DNA of 64,000 nt, taken from assembly GCA_035084275.1 (NCBI GenBank), contig CM068743.1, positions 104,656,001 to 104,720,000 on the forward strand. Direction: 5' to 3'. Shown here one piece after another: positions 39,495 to 50,974 of the stretch. The position numbers and the translations under genes were made by a program. The notes under the pieces are model-generated. The model did no database searches and was not told where the DNA came from. It worked only from the letters and a program-made list of their open reading frames with translations. This DNA is from Hydrolagus colliei. Lineage: Eukaryota. Position 1 is the stretch's first letter. Each line of letters begins with the position of its first letter.

Positions 39495-40220
39495 TAGGAT
39501 CCGTCGATATGGAAATTTTCTGATTTAGATATATTGACGGGCTCATATAGAGACATACCGAAATATCGCATTCGGAGTGTGCGCGCATTCGGGGCCTATC
39601 TCCTCAGGAGGCAAATATCTTTCTCTGTGTCTCTCACACTCACTCTCTCCATCTCTGTGTTTTTCACTCTGTGTCTCTGTGTCTCTCTCCTCTCTCACAT
39701 CCCCCCCATCTCTATCTATCTATATTATCACATCGACCCAGTCTCTCTCCCCACACCCCCCTCCCCCCGCCGTCCCTCTCTCCCACCTCCTCCCTGCTGT
39801 CTCTCCCCCCCCACCCCCCCCAGCCGACTCTCTCCCCCTCACCCCCCCCCCCCCAGCCGTCTCTCTCCACCCCCCCTCCCCAGCCGTCTCTCTCCCCCCG
39901 CCGTCTCTCTCCCCCTCCCTCCCATCCCCCCGCCGTCTCTCTCCCCCTCCCACCCCCCCAGCGGTCTCTCTCCCCCTCCCCCCCCCCACCACCACCCCTT
40001 GCATACCTGTATATTGTATTCGAGGACTATAAATACAATATGGCGGCTTTGCACCTCGGTCTGTGCATTGTGTATAGAGATGAGCATTCTGGGTCTTGTA
40101 GTTCAGTGTGCGCGCATTCCGATTTTTTCCCTCGCGATATTTTTGAAATGCCTATATCGGCGTATCGATATGAAAATTATATCGGGTTTTAGCGATATAT
40201 CGATATATCGCTGGACCCTA
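39495..40220 (+). mobile_element. Non-autonomous hAT-type DNA transposon, second copy in the opposite orientation
   Basis: TIRs taggatccgtcgatat / atatcgctggacccta, perfect 8-bp TSD TTTCCAAG (39487-39494 and 40221-40228). Confidence 0.92.
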
Positions 40221-40403
40221 TTTCCAAGTTTGAAGATGATACTAAGCTAGGAAAAATAGTAAATGATGAGGCGAATGGTAACAGACTTCAAGAGAACATA
40301 GACACACTGATAAAATGGGCAGACACTTAGCAGGTGACATATAATATGGAGAAATGCAAATATGGATTCATTTTGAGAGGAATAATGAAGAGTAAAATCA
40401 GTA

Positions 40404-40951
40404 TAGTAAACTCTCAATAATCCGGCATGGTTAGGCCCACTCACCTGGATTTCGGAGTTTGCCGGTATTTAGAACCTACCCTAGAGATGGCTGGGGAAGC
40501 CCCAGCCCATACATCATGTGAAGCCAAACAACGCGCGAGCTCCACCCACAGTGCTTGAGGACAGAGCAGCCACACTACATGCAGCTGTTTCGAACTTTGG
40601 GGGATTTGCAATCTTGCCTGTTTCAAGGCTCCTCCGTGTCCACCGAGTCCTCCGCTCCACCCTCGGCGGCCGTGCCTTCAGCCACTACGCCCCGAGGCTC
40701 TGGAACTCCCTTCCGCACTCCCTTCGCCTCGCCCCCTCTCTTCCCAGTTTCAGGTCACAGTTGAAGACCTTTCTCTTCGACCGAGTTTTTGATCACCTTC
40801 CTGCCCCTGCCCCTGGCTCGGTCCCGGGATCCGCTACTCTGAAGCGCTCTGAGACGCCGTCCGGCGTGGAGGGCGCTATATAAATTGAAGTTGTTGTTGT
40901 TGTTTCAGGGAGTTGCCGATTTTGGAATGTCAGATTTTCGAAGTTTTACTG
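40404..40951. mobile_element. Tigger-like MITE inside the CR1
   Basis: TA|tagtaaactctc ... gaagttttactg|TA; CR1 sequence joins across it. Confidence 0.7.
40627..40903 (+). mobile_element. Young L2 3' end inside the MITE
   Basis: CpG-rich RSTLGGRAFSHYAPRLWNSLPHSLR..LKTFLF, (GTT)n tail. Confidence 0.9.
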
Positions 40952-42276
40952 TACAAGCTAGATAGTAATATCTTAAAGGTGGTGAAGGAACAGAGAGACC
41001 TGGTTCATATAAATAAATCTTTGAAGGTAGCTGGACAAGCAGATAATGCTGCTAATAAAAACATATGAGATACCAGGCTTTATAAATTGGGGCATTGAAT
41101 ACAGAAGTCAGGACATTATGATGAACCTGTACAATGTTAAGGCATTGGAGAGGGTGCAAAGGAGATTTACCAGAATGGTACCAGGAATGAGGGACTTCAG
41201 TTATCAGGAGAGGCTAGAGAAGCTAGGATTATTCTCCTTGGAGTAAAGAAGGTTAAGAGGAGACTTAATATACGTTTTCAAAATTATGAGGGGATTCGAT
41301 AAGGTGATCAAGGAGAAACTATTTTGACTGTCAAGTGGGTCAAGCACATCGATTTAAAATAATTGTTAACAGAAACAGGGGAGGTGAGAAGACATTTTTT
41401 CACACAGCAGGTTGTTCATACCTGGAATGCATTGCTTGAAAAGGTGATGGAAGCCGATTCAATAACAATTTTTAAGAGAGAAGTAGATCATTATTTGGGG
41501 AGGGCAAGTTTTCAGGGCTTTGGGGAGAGAGTGGGATTGATTTGGACAGCACTTTTCAAAGACCTGGCACTGACACGATCGGCTAATGTGCTGTATAATT
41601 CCATGATTTGAATTTCACTGAGACATTAGGTGAAGACAGGATCACACTTGGCTGTGATTCCGACAGCCCATGAAAATGCTTACCAATACTCACTCTCAAG
41701 GCTCTCGTGTGAAAAAATAACAGTCATTTTGAAAAAGGCACTAATATTTGTTGAACCAAAGCCCAATGGAAGGAATAAAATGTCAGCCCTCGGGAGAGAA
41801 AAACAATGTTTTTAAAAAAAAGTTAATTGAACAAGGTAGTCGAGGTTTGCTGCTGCTTGGGTAACTAACTCAGCAGATGAATTCAGAAGAGGAAAGAGAA
41901 AAGCTTAGCAGCTGAGCTTCTTTCAACATGCTTCACACAGCGTTAGATTCCTGTTTTAAAGGAATGTAGCCATTTGCATAGTCAGCTGCTCATTCTGCAA
42001 CGGAGCAGTCAGACTGGTGCCTCCAAACTTTCACAGTTATACTTGAGAACTGTCTGCACTTGCTGGAGTGCAGACAGTTCTGGACTGCTCTCGTTTAATT
42101 CTTCCCCTTCAGCTGTGTGCTTTGGGTGATTGACACTGCTTTCAGCTCTTCCCTCTTGTTCTGAGTAAAATCACTGAATAGATTGGAACCTGATATCAGC
42201 TCTAATTGGGAACAGCCCCTTTGTGAATGTAATAATGAATTGCTAGCGTGTCTCTCTTTATGTTTGAGTGCATCTC

Positions 42277-42556
42277 AAGTCCTGTAGATCAGTGGTTGGA
42301 GCACTCGCCTTACAAGTGAAAAACCCGAGTTCAATTCCAGGCAGGGTCAAACTTGGCCAAGTTTCCTTACACCAAACTCCTAATTATAAATTTGTCATTT
42401 CAATCCACGACTGTTTGTGGGACATTGCTTTATGCAATTGGCTGCCACGTTTCACCCACAAATATACAATCAATTCACTTTACAGTATATTCTGTGAAAC
42501 CCTTTGAGACGTCTAAAAGATGTGAAAGCATTGTATTAAATGCAAGGATTATTATT
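42277..42556 (+). mobile_element. tRNA-SINE
   Basis: Head, body and tail recognisable. Confidence 0.85.
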
Positions 42557-43882
42557 GTTGTTATTATCTCAGTCAGTGTTCTTATCTGGATCAGATCTCT
42601 TCACTTTGTGCTCATTTAAAATTAATAACACACTTCGACTGTTATTAAAAATCTCTGTCAAGATAGCATTCCACCCTTTCATATCTGAACCCTGGAGCAG
42701 GTAAGGAGAGATGTGGTTATCCAATATGCAGTGAAGCAATGTTCTTTTGTGATTATGAAAGGTCATTCTGCAAGAGTGTAGAGGGCATAATTTGAAGATT
42801 ATCATCAGAAGAACAAAGGGGAGACTGGAAGAATGTTTTCTTAGAGAGGGTTGTTAGAATATGGAATACTGTACCTTGAATTTGAGTAGACAGCACCATT
42901 GGATCTTCATCTGTACCTATGTTCACTTTTCCTTGGCACCCACTGTACAGCACTCCAAGATGCTATCCTGATGCAGGGCGCTATATAAAAACTCTGTACA
43001 GTGCTGTACAGTGGGTGTAAAAATTGTTGTTGTTGCCTCAACCACTGGTCGAGGTAGGGTATTCTTTACACTACTACTAATAATAATCCTTGCAATTTTG
43101 TGTAGCGCTTCATCATTTTGAGAATGATGTCTCAAAACGTTTCATGGGAATTTTATTAGCTGAACCTGTCTTACATAAGAATGGATTTAAAAATCTGGCT
43201 GGAGTGGTTGGGGGAGTAGCACTAAAGGAAATTACATATCTAGAAAGGAAAAGGGCTGAAGACATTTGAATTTAGAATGAGCATCTTGAAGTCCATTTGC
43301 TTGGGAATAGGGAGGCAGTGGAGATCAATGAGGATGGGATGATAGGCTTGTTTAGTCTGCTATGGCTAAGGATATGAGCTGTGGATTTTTATGGATCTTT
43401 TGGAAGGTTGCGTTGGAAGGCTAGCCAGATAGACGTTGGGGAAATTAGGTCCACAGGTGACCAAGGGAATGGATGGGATTTATGGCTGTGTGATCGGATG
43501 AAAGAGAATAAGCCTAACAACAAAAATTTAAAATAGAACTGAGAAAGCAACAAATAGTAATACTGTAGATAATTAAAGACTCACATTTATTATTCAATTG
43601 TGTCACACCCTTAAAAGTCAGTTTCAAGGCAGTAAATTGCATGTACAATTAGTGGTATCATTCATGGATGCTTAAACATAAGATGTAATATATGTCTGTC
43701 TTGGTACTGTATTGGGAACTGACTACCAAATGTGGAATGAACCTCACCTCTGACACATGACTAGTCCAAACCACCGTTGCCAGATTAATTTACAGAAACT
43801 GAGGCTAGGTTAAGTAGACCTAGTGAATGATTCATAAACCTAGACATAGCACAGATCTGATAGCACAAATATGTGATATTGA

Positions 43883-44188
43883 TGGAGTTGTGTAACTGGT
43901 TAGAGCACTCACCTTGCAAGTGAGAGACTTGGGTTCAATTCCAGGCAGGGAGAAACCTTGGGCAGGTTTCCTTGTTCCACACCGGATAATAATCTCTTGA
44001 AAAAAACAATAATAAATTGGTCATTTCAATCCACAACTGTTTGTGGGACACTGCTGTGCATAATTGGCTGCCGCGTTTTGCCCATAAACATACAGGCAAT
44101 TCATTTTATAGTATATTCTGTGAAGCTCTTTGAGATATCTAAAAGGTGTGAAAAGCACTAGATCAAGTGCAAAGATTATTATTATTAT
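43883..44188 (+). mobile_element. tRNA-SINE
   Basis: Head, body and tail recognisable. Confidence 0.85.
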
Positions 44189-44189
44189 G

Positions 44190-44670
44190 TAGCACCCTTC
44201 ATGTAAGGTAGAGTCCAGGAGAGCTTGATAATGGCAAAATCTGATATTGAGCCACAGGGAGAGACAGTGGGAGGTGACCATAAGCATGATCAAAAACAAA
44301 ATTCTTCAGGTGGGATTTGAAGGTGTGAATAGAGGGGGCAAGGCGGAAGGATTGAGGGTGAGAGTTTCGGGGTGTAGTAGTTAAAGATACAGACACTGAT
44401 GGTGGAGGGGAGGAGGGACAGACAGGAGGTCAGAGCCAGTCAAGCAGAGGCAGTGGGTGGTGGAGTGGGGGGGTAAGCAGATCAGATAGGTAGGAAGGTG
44501 CGAGGGCACGAAGAGATTTGTAAACAAGAGGATCTTGAAATTGAACCGTTTGGTAATTGGGAGGCAGTGGAACCTGGCAAGGATTGGGGTGATGGGGGTT
44601 CTGAATTTTGTACAGGTGGGATAGAAAGGAAAGCTGGGGATCAAACCTGATGCCTACATTGTGCATGGGT
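44190..44670 (-). mobile_element. Degenerate L2 3' fragment
   Basis: PITPILARFHCLPITKRFNFKILLF, LAPSYLSDLL, FKSHLKNFVF. Confidence 0.8.
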
Positions 44671-47149
44671 TCGGAGAATCTGAATAGCATCAATAAAATC
44701 AAATGAAACTGCGGAAAATTCTTATATTTATTTTTAATTTGGCACTAATTGCTTTTTGAACGCAGCAAACATTTTCCAAATTAAGAATGAATTGAACAAC
44801 TATCTGCACCAAGACACTACGCTGTGCAGAAGGCGCTATGTAAATGCAACTTGTCACTGCTGTTATCCGTAATTCTGTGATGTGAAAGGTGCTCTATAAA
44901 TGTAATTTTGTTGTTGTTGAAAACTTGAAAGATGGGCAATGCAGCAATATAGGAGTAAGGTTAAGGCAGCTCACTAGGGAACATCATTAAGGAATAAAAT
45001 TGGTCACTCATATCACTGCTGTGTATAGGACTTTGTGTAACTGACTGTTATATTTCACCCACAAAATATACAGTCAATCCACTTCACAGTGTACACTGTG
45101 AAGTGGTTTTAGATAATACGATCAACATGATAAGGTGCTATATGAAATGTAAAGATTATTATTATTAGGTATCCTATTGGAAGCTCTTAGGGTTAGGAGC
45201 CTGCGTTTCATTTTAGTTTCATGCCATCTATTTCTCCATCACCTTTAACGTTACTTTTCTTTTAAACTATTTAACTAACTCCCCATTAAAGTTGCTGTGG
45301 ACTTACCTTCATCAACAAAACATTCTGACTTCTAAAAACTCTGTGTAATCCAGAAATCTAACCTCCCCTTTTATTCTTTGGGTAATAATCCTCTATTTAT
45401 TTATCTTTTTGTTATTATCTCATTGATCAATAGAAATAGACTGTCTCTATTTAACCTAAGAAAACCATTCATAAATACAGTGTATTGAAGTGTTGGCACA
45501 TAATATAGGGTCTTGAATCCACACAGGGGCAAGAGTTCTACTAACTGGACCAAGCTAACACACAATGTTTGTTTAAGCACCAACCCCACTGATGAGAATG
45601 ATGTACTGTGTAGCATTACACCACCCTATCTAAATAGAGTTCAATATAATTGTATCTGGCTATTTTGATAACCATAAATAAATGGTGCCAGAACTGAAGC
45701 CAAAGCAATTCGTTAAAATGTTTGCCAAAAGTCCAGCTTTGCAGCTCTGTACAAAGCTCCTGTATAATGTCCAATAACTCTGCAATCAGTTTAGTTTGCT
45801 AATTTCTGAAAGTGGCCAACATTTTATAATGAGAAATTCACTATGATAAACTCCAATGTGTAGAAATAAATAACGATGCTTGTGCGTAACAAGGCTGCTC
45901 ATCACATTGAATTATTTCAAAGTGCTTTGCAGATGTGTTAGAGTTAGCTCGCAATTCCTTACCATAACCCACCTGCATGTGCTTCCAGATGGTCTGTAGG
46001 AACTTATGATGAATGAATGATGACAGGGAATTGGATCAGACTGTGGCAAGGGAAATAATGGTGTCCTGAATAGAGTAAGACACTTGAGACTCTGGATGAT
46101 ACTAATAATAATTGACTCACATAACTCATTTTAACTTATGTTAATAAACAGTCTGTGGCATAGTTTGCTGCGGACGTTTCATCTTTTCCTTGGGAACCGT
46201 TGCGTCAATATGATCCATAGTTCTTCATCTTCAGTTAATTTGTACAGATCTAATATATCTTTCCTTAATCTACATGCTGTTATTGCTGCCTGAGCTCACT
46301 CACAGAATTCCTAAGTGGTCGCTGTTAAGTCCAGCTCTTCTATTTTTTTAACTACTACATTCTCATGTTGCAACTTCCAAGTTTAATGATCTTGCCTTCT
46401 GCAGAGGAAAATTCTGCTTGGCAAAAGTTACCAGCATCAACCAATGTGTGCGCAGCTCCACAGTCACTTGAGGACTTCAACAACACAGTGACCTTTGCTT
46501 CTTAGTTTTTTTAATCGAGTGTAACATTAACCAGCCACCCAACATCATAAATCAATTGTATATCTAAACTTATACCACTGGTTTTAATTAGAAAACCTTC
46601 CAAAATGGAATGCTACAAGGAATTTATATGTGTAGGATACCAAATACTATAATATTCCTTGCATTTGGTACAAAGTGTTCCATGTGGGGAGGCCAAGTCA
46701 AAATACCTCATAGGACATACTATAAAGTTGAGTATGTGTTTTGTGGGTGAATGCAGCAGCAAATTTTGTGTATAATGAAGAGCCATAAAGTGAAATACCA
46801 TTTTATCTTTGGAAAAATAATTTTCAAGCTTATTATCTGCTTAAAGTTTGAGTGCTAGATAATTAACAATTGGAAATCAATTGATTGTTTAAAATCTCTA
46901 ATGCTGTAGTTAACTAGTTTATAGAATCAAAAAATGTGGCCTTTCGGATATTGTGCACACTCCAATTAGCTCAAGACCATGGGGTATGTGTCATTCCAAG
47001 AAACATAATAATCCTTGCATTTGATACAGAACCTTTCATATTGAAAGGGAATCTCAAAGTACTTCACACGATTTATTGTAATGTGCAATGACTGTATTTT
47101 GTAGGTGAAAATGGCAGCCAGTTTATACACAGCCATGTCTTACCAACCG

Positions 47150-47800
47150 ACAGCAACAACACATTAAATTTGTAAAGCCGCTTTCACATCAGGAGGACGT
47201 CCCAAGGCACTGGACAGCCAGGGATTTGGACTCGAGCAGAGGGTTAGGATCATGAGGGGTGAAGCACAGGAAGGATGGGGGTAGGAGAGTGACTGAGGCA
47301 TGGTCGAAGGGGAGGACCTTCAGACGGCACAGATAAGGACAGTTGGAGGTCAAACAAGACTCGAAGGTTTCCGACTGGCTTAGTGAGATAGAGTGTGCAT
47401 CCATGGATGGTGATGCTGTCATCACCTGAGGTGTGGAGGCACTGACTGGAGACAATCAGGTGGGTCTCAGTCTTGTTGACATTCACTGAAGAAAGTTATC
47501 TCTCATCCAGGACTTGATGTTTGATGGACATTCTGTAAGGACATCTCTGGTCCTGGAGTCGGGGGTGGAGGCAGAGAGGTATAATTGGGTGTAGTTCACA
47601 TACATGTGGAAGTTGACCCAATGTCTGCATATAACGTGACCAAGAGCAGCACGTAGATATTGAAGCGGACCAAGGAAAGAGCCCTGAGGATTGCTGAACA
47701 AGAAGGTGCAGGGGTTGGAGGAGAAGCCATTCGTGGAGGCAAAGTGGAGATGGTGTGAAAGGTAAGATTCAAACCAAGCAAGCAAGGATAGGACCATGGT
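47150..47800 (-). mobile_element. Degenerate L2 RT/3' fragment
   Basis: WFESYLS..PQGSFLGPL..FHMYVNYTQLY..NFLQ plus tail. Confidence 0.85.
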
Positions 47801-48624
47801 TGAGCTGAGAGGAGAGGGCACCATGTCTGTTTCTGAAGAAGAAAACATGTCATTCTATTGGATGGATCAGGCGGGCTAGGCTCAAAGTGTCTGAGACGAT
47901 TGATAAAAGTATTCTAATTTTCTTTACCTGCCAATTTTCTCCCTGCCTTCTTTGATAAAGGCATTTGGCTCCTTTGAACACACTTGACATAGGGATCAAA
48001 TGACTTTAGACCATTAGTGTGCACAGCAGCTAAAAATAAAAATAACTAGTTACTGATGGGAATTGCAAGCTTTGAAAGAAGGAGGTGGGAGTTGGAGGAT
48101 TAAATGAGGAACTAATTGTAAGTGAAATACATTTATTAGTATGTGAAGTAGAATTGATTGTGTACATGATTTGATGATGTTCCCCAACAAAGGTTTCACA
48201 GACTCTCTGACCCAGAGCCTTGGATAACATGCATAATCCCCAAATACTTCTCTGAAATAAAACACAGGTGCTGAGTGTGACAGGAGGCTTCCAACTTGCA
48301 CCGTGATGAAATCTTTCATAATTAGAATGTTTAACGTTTATCCAGGCATGTGAATGTCATATCCTAATAATGTTTTCATATAGTCATTGAACAGATGGAC
48401 ACCCCCTTTCTAAAGGTTTCCATTCCAAGTTTATATACACTACTCCCTTTGTCAGATATGCAGTGCCTAGACAGGCACATTTTATTGCACTCTGATTCCA
48501 TTTGCCATAAATAAAATGGATTTAAAAATGACTCACTTTTTGGATGGTGGTTGCCTGCATTGGGATGAGTTCATTTAATAAAATTATACTCTGAGATTGC
48601 CCTGTGTGTAAGGATACTGCACAA

Positions 48625-48943
48625 GGAGTCCTGTAGCTCAGTGGTTAGAGCACTCACCTTGGAAGCGAGAGACCTGAGTTCAATTCCAGGCAGGTCAGGG
48701 CAAAACTTTGAGCAAGTTTGCTTACTCCATACACCTGATACTAATTCTTCATAAACAATAATAAATTGGTGATTTCAATCCATGGCTGTTTGTGGGTCAA
48801 TGCTGTGTGCTCATTCTGGCTGCTGCATTTTACCCACAAATATATACTGTAGTCAATTCACTTTACAGCATATCCTGTGAAGTGTTTTGAGGCATCTAGA
48901 ATCCTTGATAAGGCGCAATATGAAATGCAAGGATTATTATTAT
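48625..48943 (+). mobile_element. tRNA-SINE
   Basis: ggagtcctgtagctcagtggttagagcac head through tail. Confidence 0.9.
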
Positions 48944-49082
48944 CTACTGACAATAATTATTAAACAGCAACTCCCTATAATATGTTGCTCTATATTGTAC
49001 CGAGTACCACTAAATTAATGTAATCATATATATTGACTAACATGTGAATATTCGGGAGGATTACGTTTCTAAGTAATCAGTC

Positions 49083-49155
49083 ATTTACAGTTAAGAAGCA
49101 TTTCAACTTGATTCAGCTTCCAAATGCATCATTGAAATGCTTCTTAACTGTAAAT
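49083..49155. repeat. Perfect 24-bp inverted repeat with a 25-nt loop
   Basis: atttacagttaagaagcatttcaa / ttgaaatgcttcttaactgtaaat. Confidence 0.95.
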
Positions 49156-50454
49156 TACTTAATTTGCTATCATTGGGTTAGTTTATAGCCCGGAATTTAA
49201 AAAGCCAGTACGAACTTTATTGGAATAGTCAATCTTATCTTTTGTTGAAAGCATATATACACAAACAGTCGCCGAAATAATTGATGCAGTTTCTTCTACA
49301 GGAAATATAATATTACTGTAATCTATTTAGAAGCAATACTACACAATTTATTCATATGTGCTACAAATCACGTGGTAACAAACATGAAGTGTCTCATCAG
49401 TGGTTTTTAAAATGATAATTTATCATAATTTACTATCAACTGCCATAGTTTACTACCATCTTTATATTTATCATACAGATAAAGCTGTATCTTTGAGCTA
49501 GTACTGTAGGTAGTAAGGGCTGTATACTGTATATGCAAGGCAATTTATTTGTCTTGTGTTTGATTAGTAACTAAGAGACATAAATAAAATTGAGTTGCAG
49601 CACAGCCCTCAATACTGATGTGAATTGAAATTATTTTAAACTCTTTTGACATTTTAATCACTGCATCTTTTTAATCTCCATTAAGTTTAGAACCCAAATC
49701 GATCAGAATGAGATCAGTGCAAATGTTGAAAGTTGGATAAGGGCAGTGTAACAATCATTATTCCCATTGAGAACATCACATTAGAATCTTGGATTCGGTT
49801 TATTTTCTGGAATTAAATGGCAATAATAAGAGCATGAGGCTAGGGGGACAGCATTCAACCATACAATAGTGCTCTGCTATTTAATCTGATCACAACTCGT
49901 TAATTCCATTCCCTTGCCTTTACTCCTTTTCCCCTAATATCCTTACTTACCAAGTATCAATCGAATGAATAGAAAATGTTTAGTAGTGGGAATTGGGAAG
50001 TATAAATGTTAGCGAGAAATAGTATATTAGAAAATGGGATGACCTGTATGGTCTTGTGCACGTATATATTGTTCAGTGTAAGAAAACTATTTTGGGACTC
50101 AACTTCATCTCATATCAAAATAATTCATGGCCTGGTCAAATTGCTCAGGGACATGTGGCTTTTTTATTAATTGATTATTAATGCTTCATTATAGCACACT
50201 TCAGTATAAAGAAGCAGAAAATTTTGCTATACAGTAAACCTCACATAAGTTGTATTAGTTGGTACTGTACATTTAATATGGCTTATGCAAAGTATGAGTT
50301 ACGTCAAACTTGTATAGTAAATATACTGTTGAACATACTCGGTCAGATGTATGACAATTTATACAGATCAGACTTATGTGTGTTTTACTATATAGTCCAT
50401 GCTGTTCAGTCATTGTTCAAAGCTGTGGGTTGGTAATAACAGATCCTCTCCTTT

Positions 50455-50620
50455 GTGGAGTCCTGTAGCTCAGTGGTTAGAGCACTTGCTTCGCAAGCGA
50501 AAAACCTGGGATCGATTCCCAGCAGATAAGTTTCCTTACTCCACATGGCTGATAATAATCCCTCAAGAAAAAATAATAATAAATTGGTCACTTCAATTCA
50601 CGACTGTATGTGGGACACTG
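50455..50620 (+). mobile_element. tRNA-SINE 5' half
   Basis: Head and linker present, 3' part absent. Confidence 0.8.
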
Positions 50621-50974
50621 ATTATATTCGAATAATGGTACTTTTCCTAAATAAAATAGGTATTGGGCATTTATATACAGCCCTTTACATCGGATAACAT
50701 CTTGGAATGGTACTTTCCCCAAATAAATCGGTCCTCTTGATATAAAAGATGTCATACGAATGTAATTTGTCGGTGGTGTATTTTTTGTGTCACTATTTTG
50801 CAAGAAATTGAAGCAACATGAAAGAATAATCAGTGCAAACATGATACAATAAAGAATAGGAGATATTTATTATAATATGTGCATTTAAATTGGGGTGGGG
50901 TGGGCGGGTGGGAAGAGAAACTGAGCAACACATTCACATTGCACTCCGCACTTTCAATCTCTCCCTTGACCCTT

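Larger units (their letters stand above)
40229..41610 (+). mobile_element. CR1 LINE 3' portion interrupted by a nested MITE and an L2 tail
   Basis: FEDDTKLG.., ALERVQRRFTRMVPG..ERLEKLGLFSLE, RRHFFTQQVVHTWNAL. Confidence 0.88.

Noticed and set aside
46165-46215. GAAACGTC hammerhead-like half motif on the minus strand (similar at about 16110)
   Set aside because: The CUGANGA box and helix II are not recoverable.
48625-48700. tRNA-like sequences at SINE heads (here and at about 20 other sites)
   Set aside because: The acceptor stem does not pair fully, anticodons vary, and each is fused to a SINE body and tail. They are not tRNA genes.
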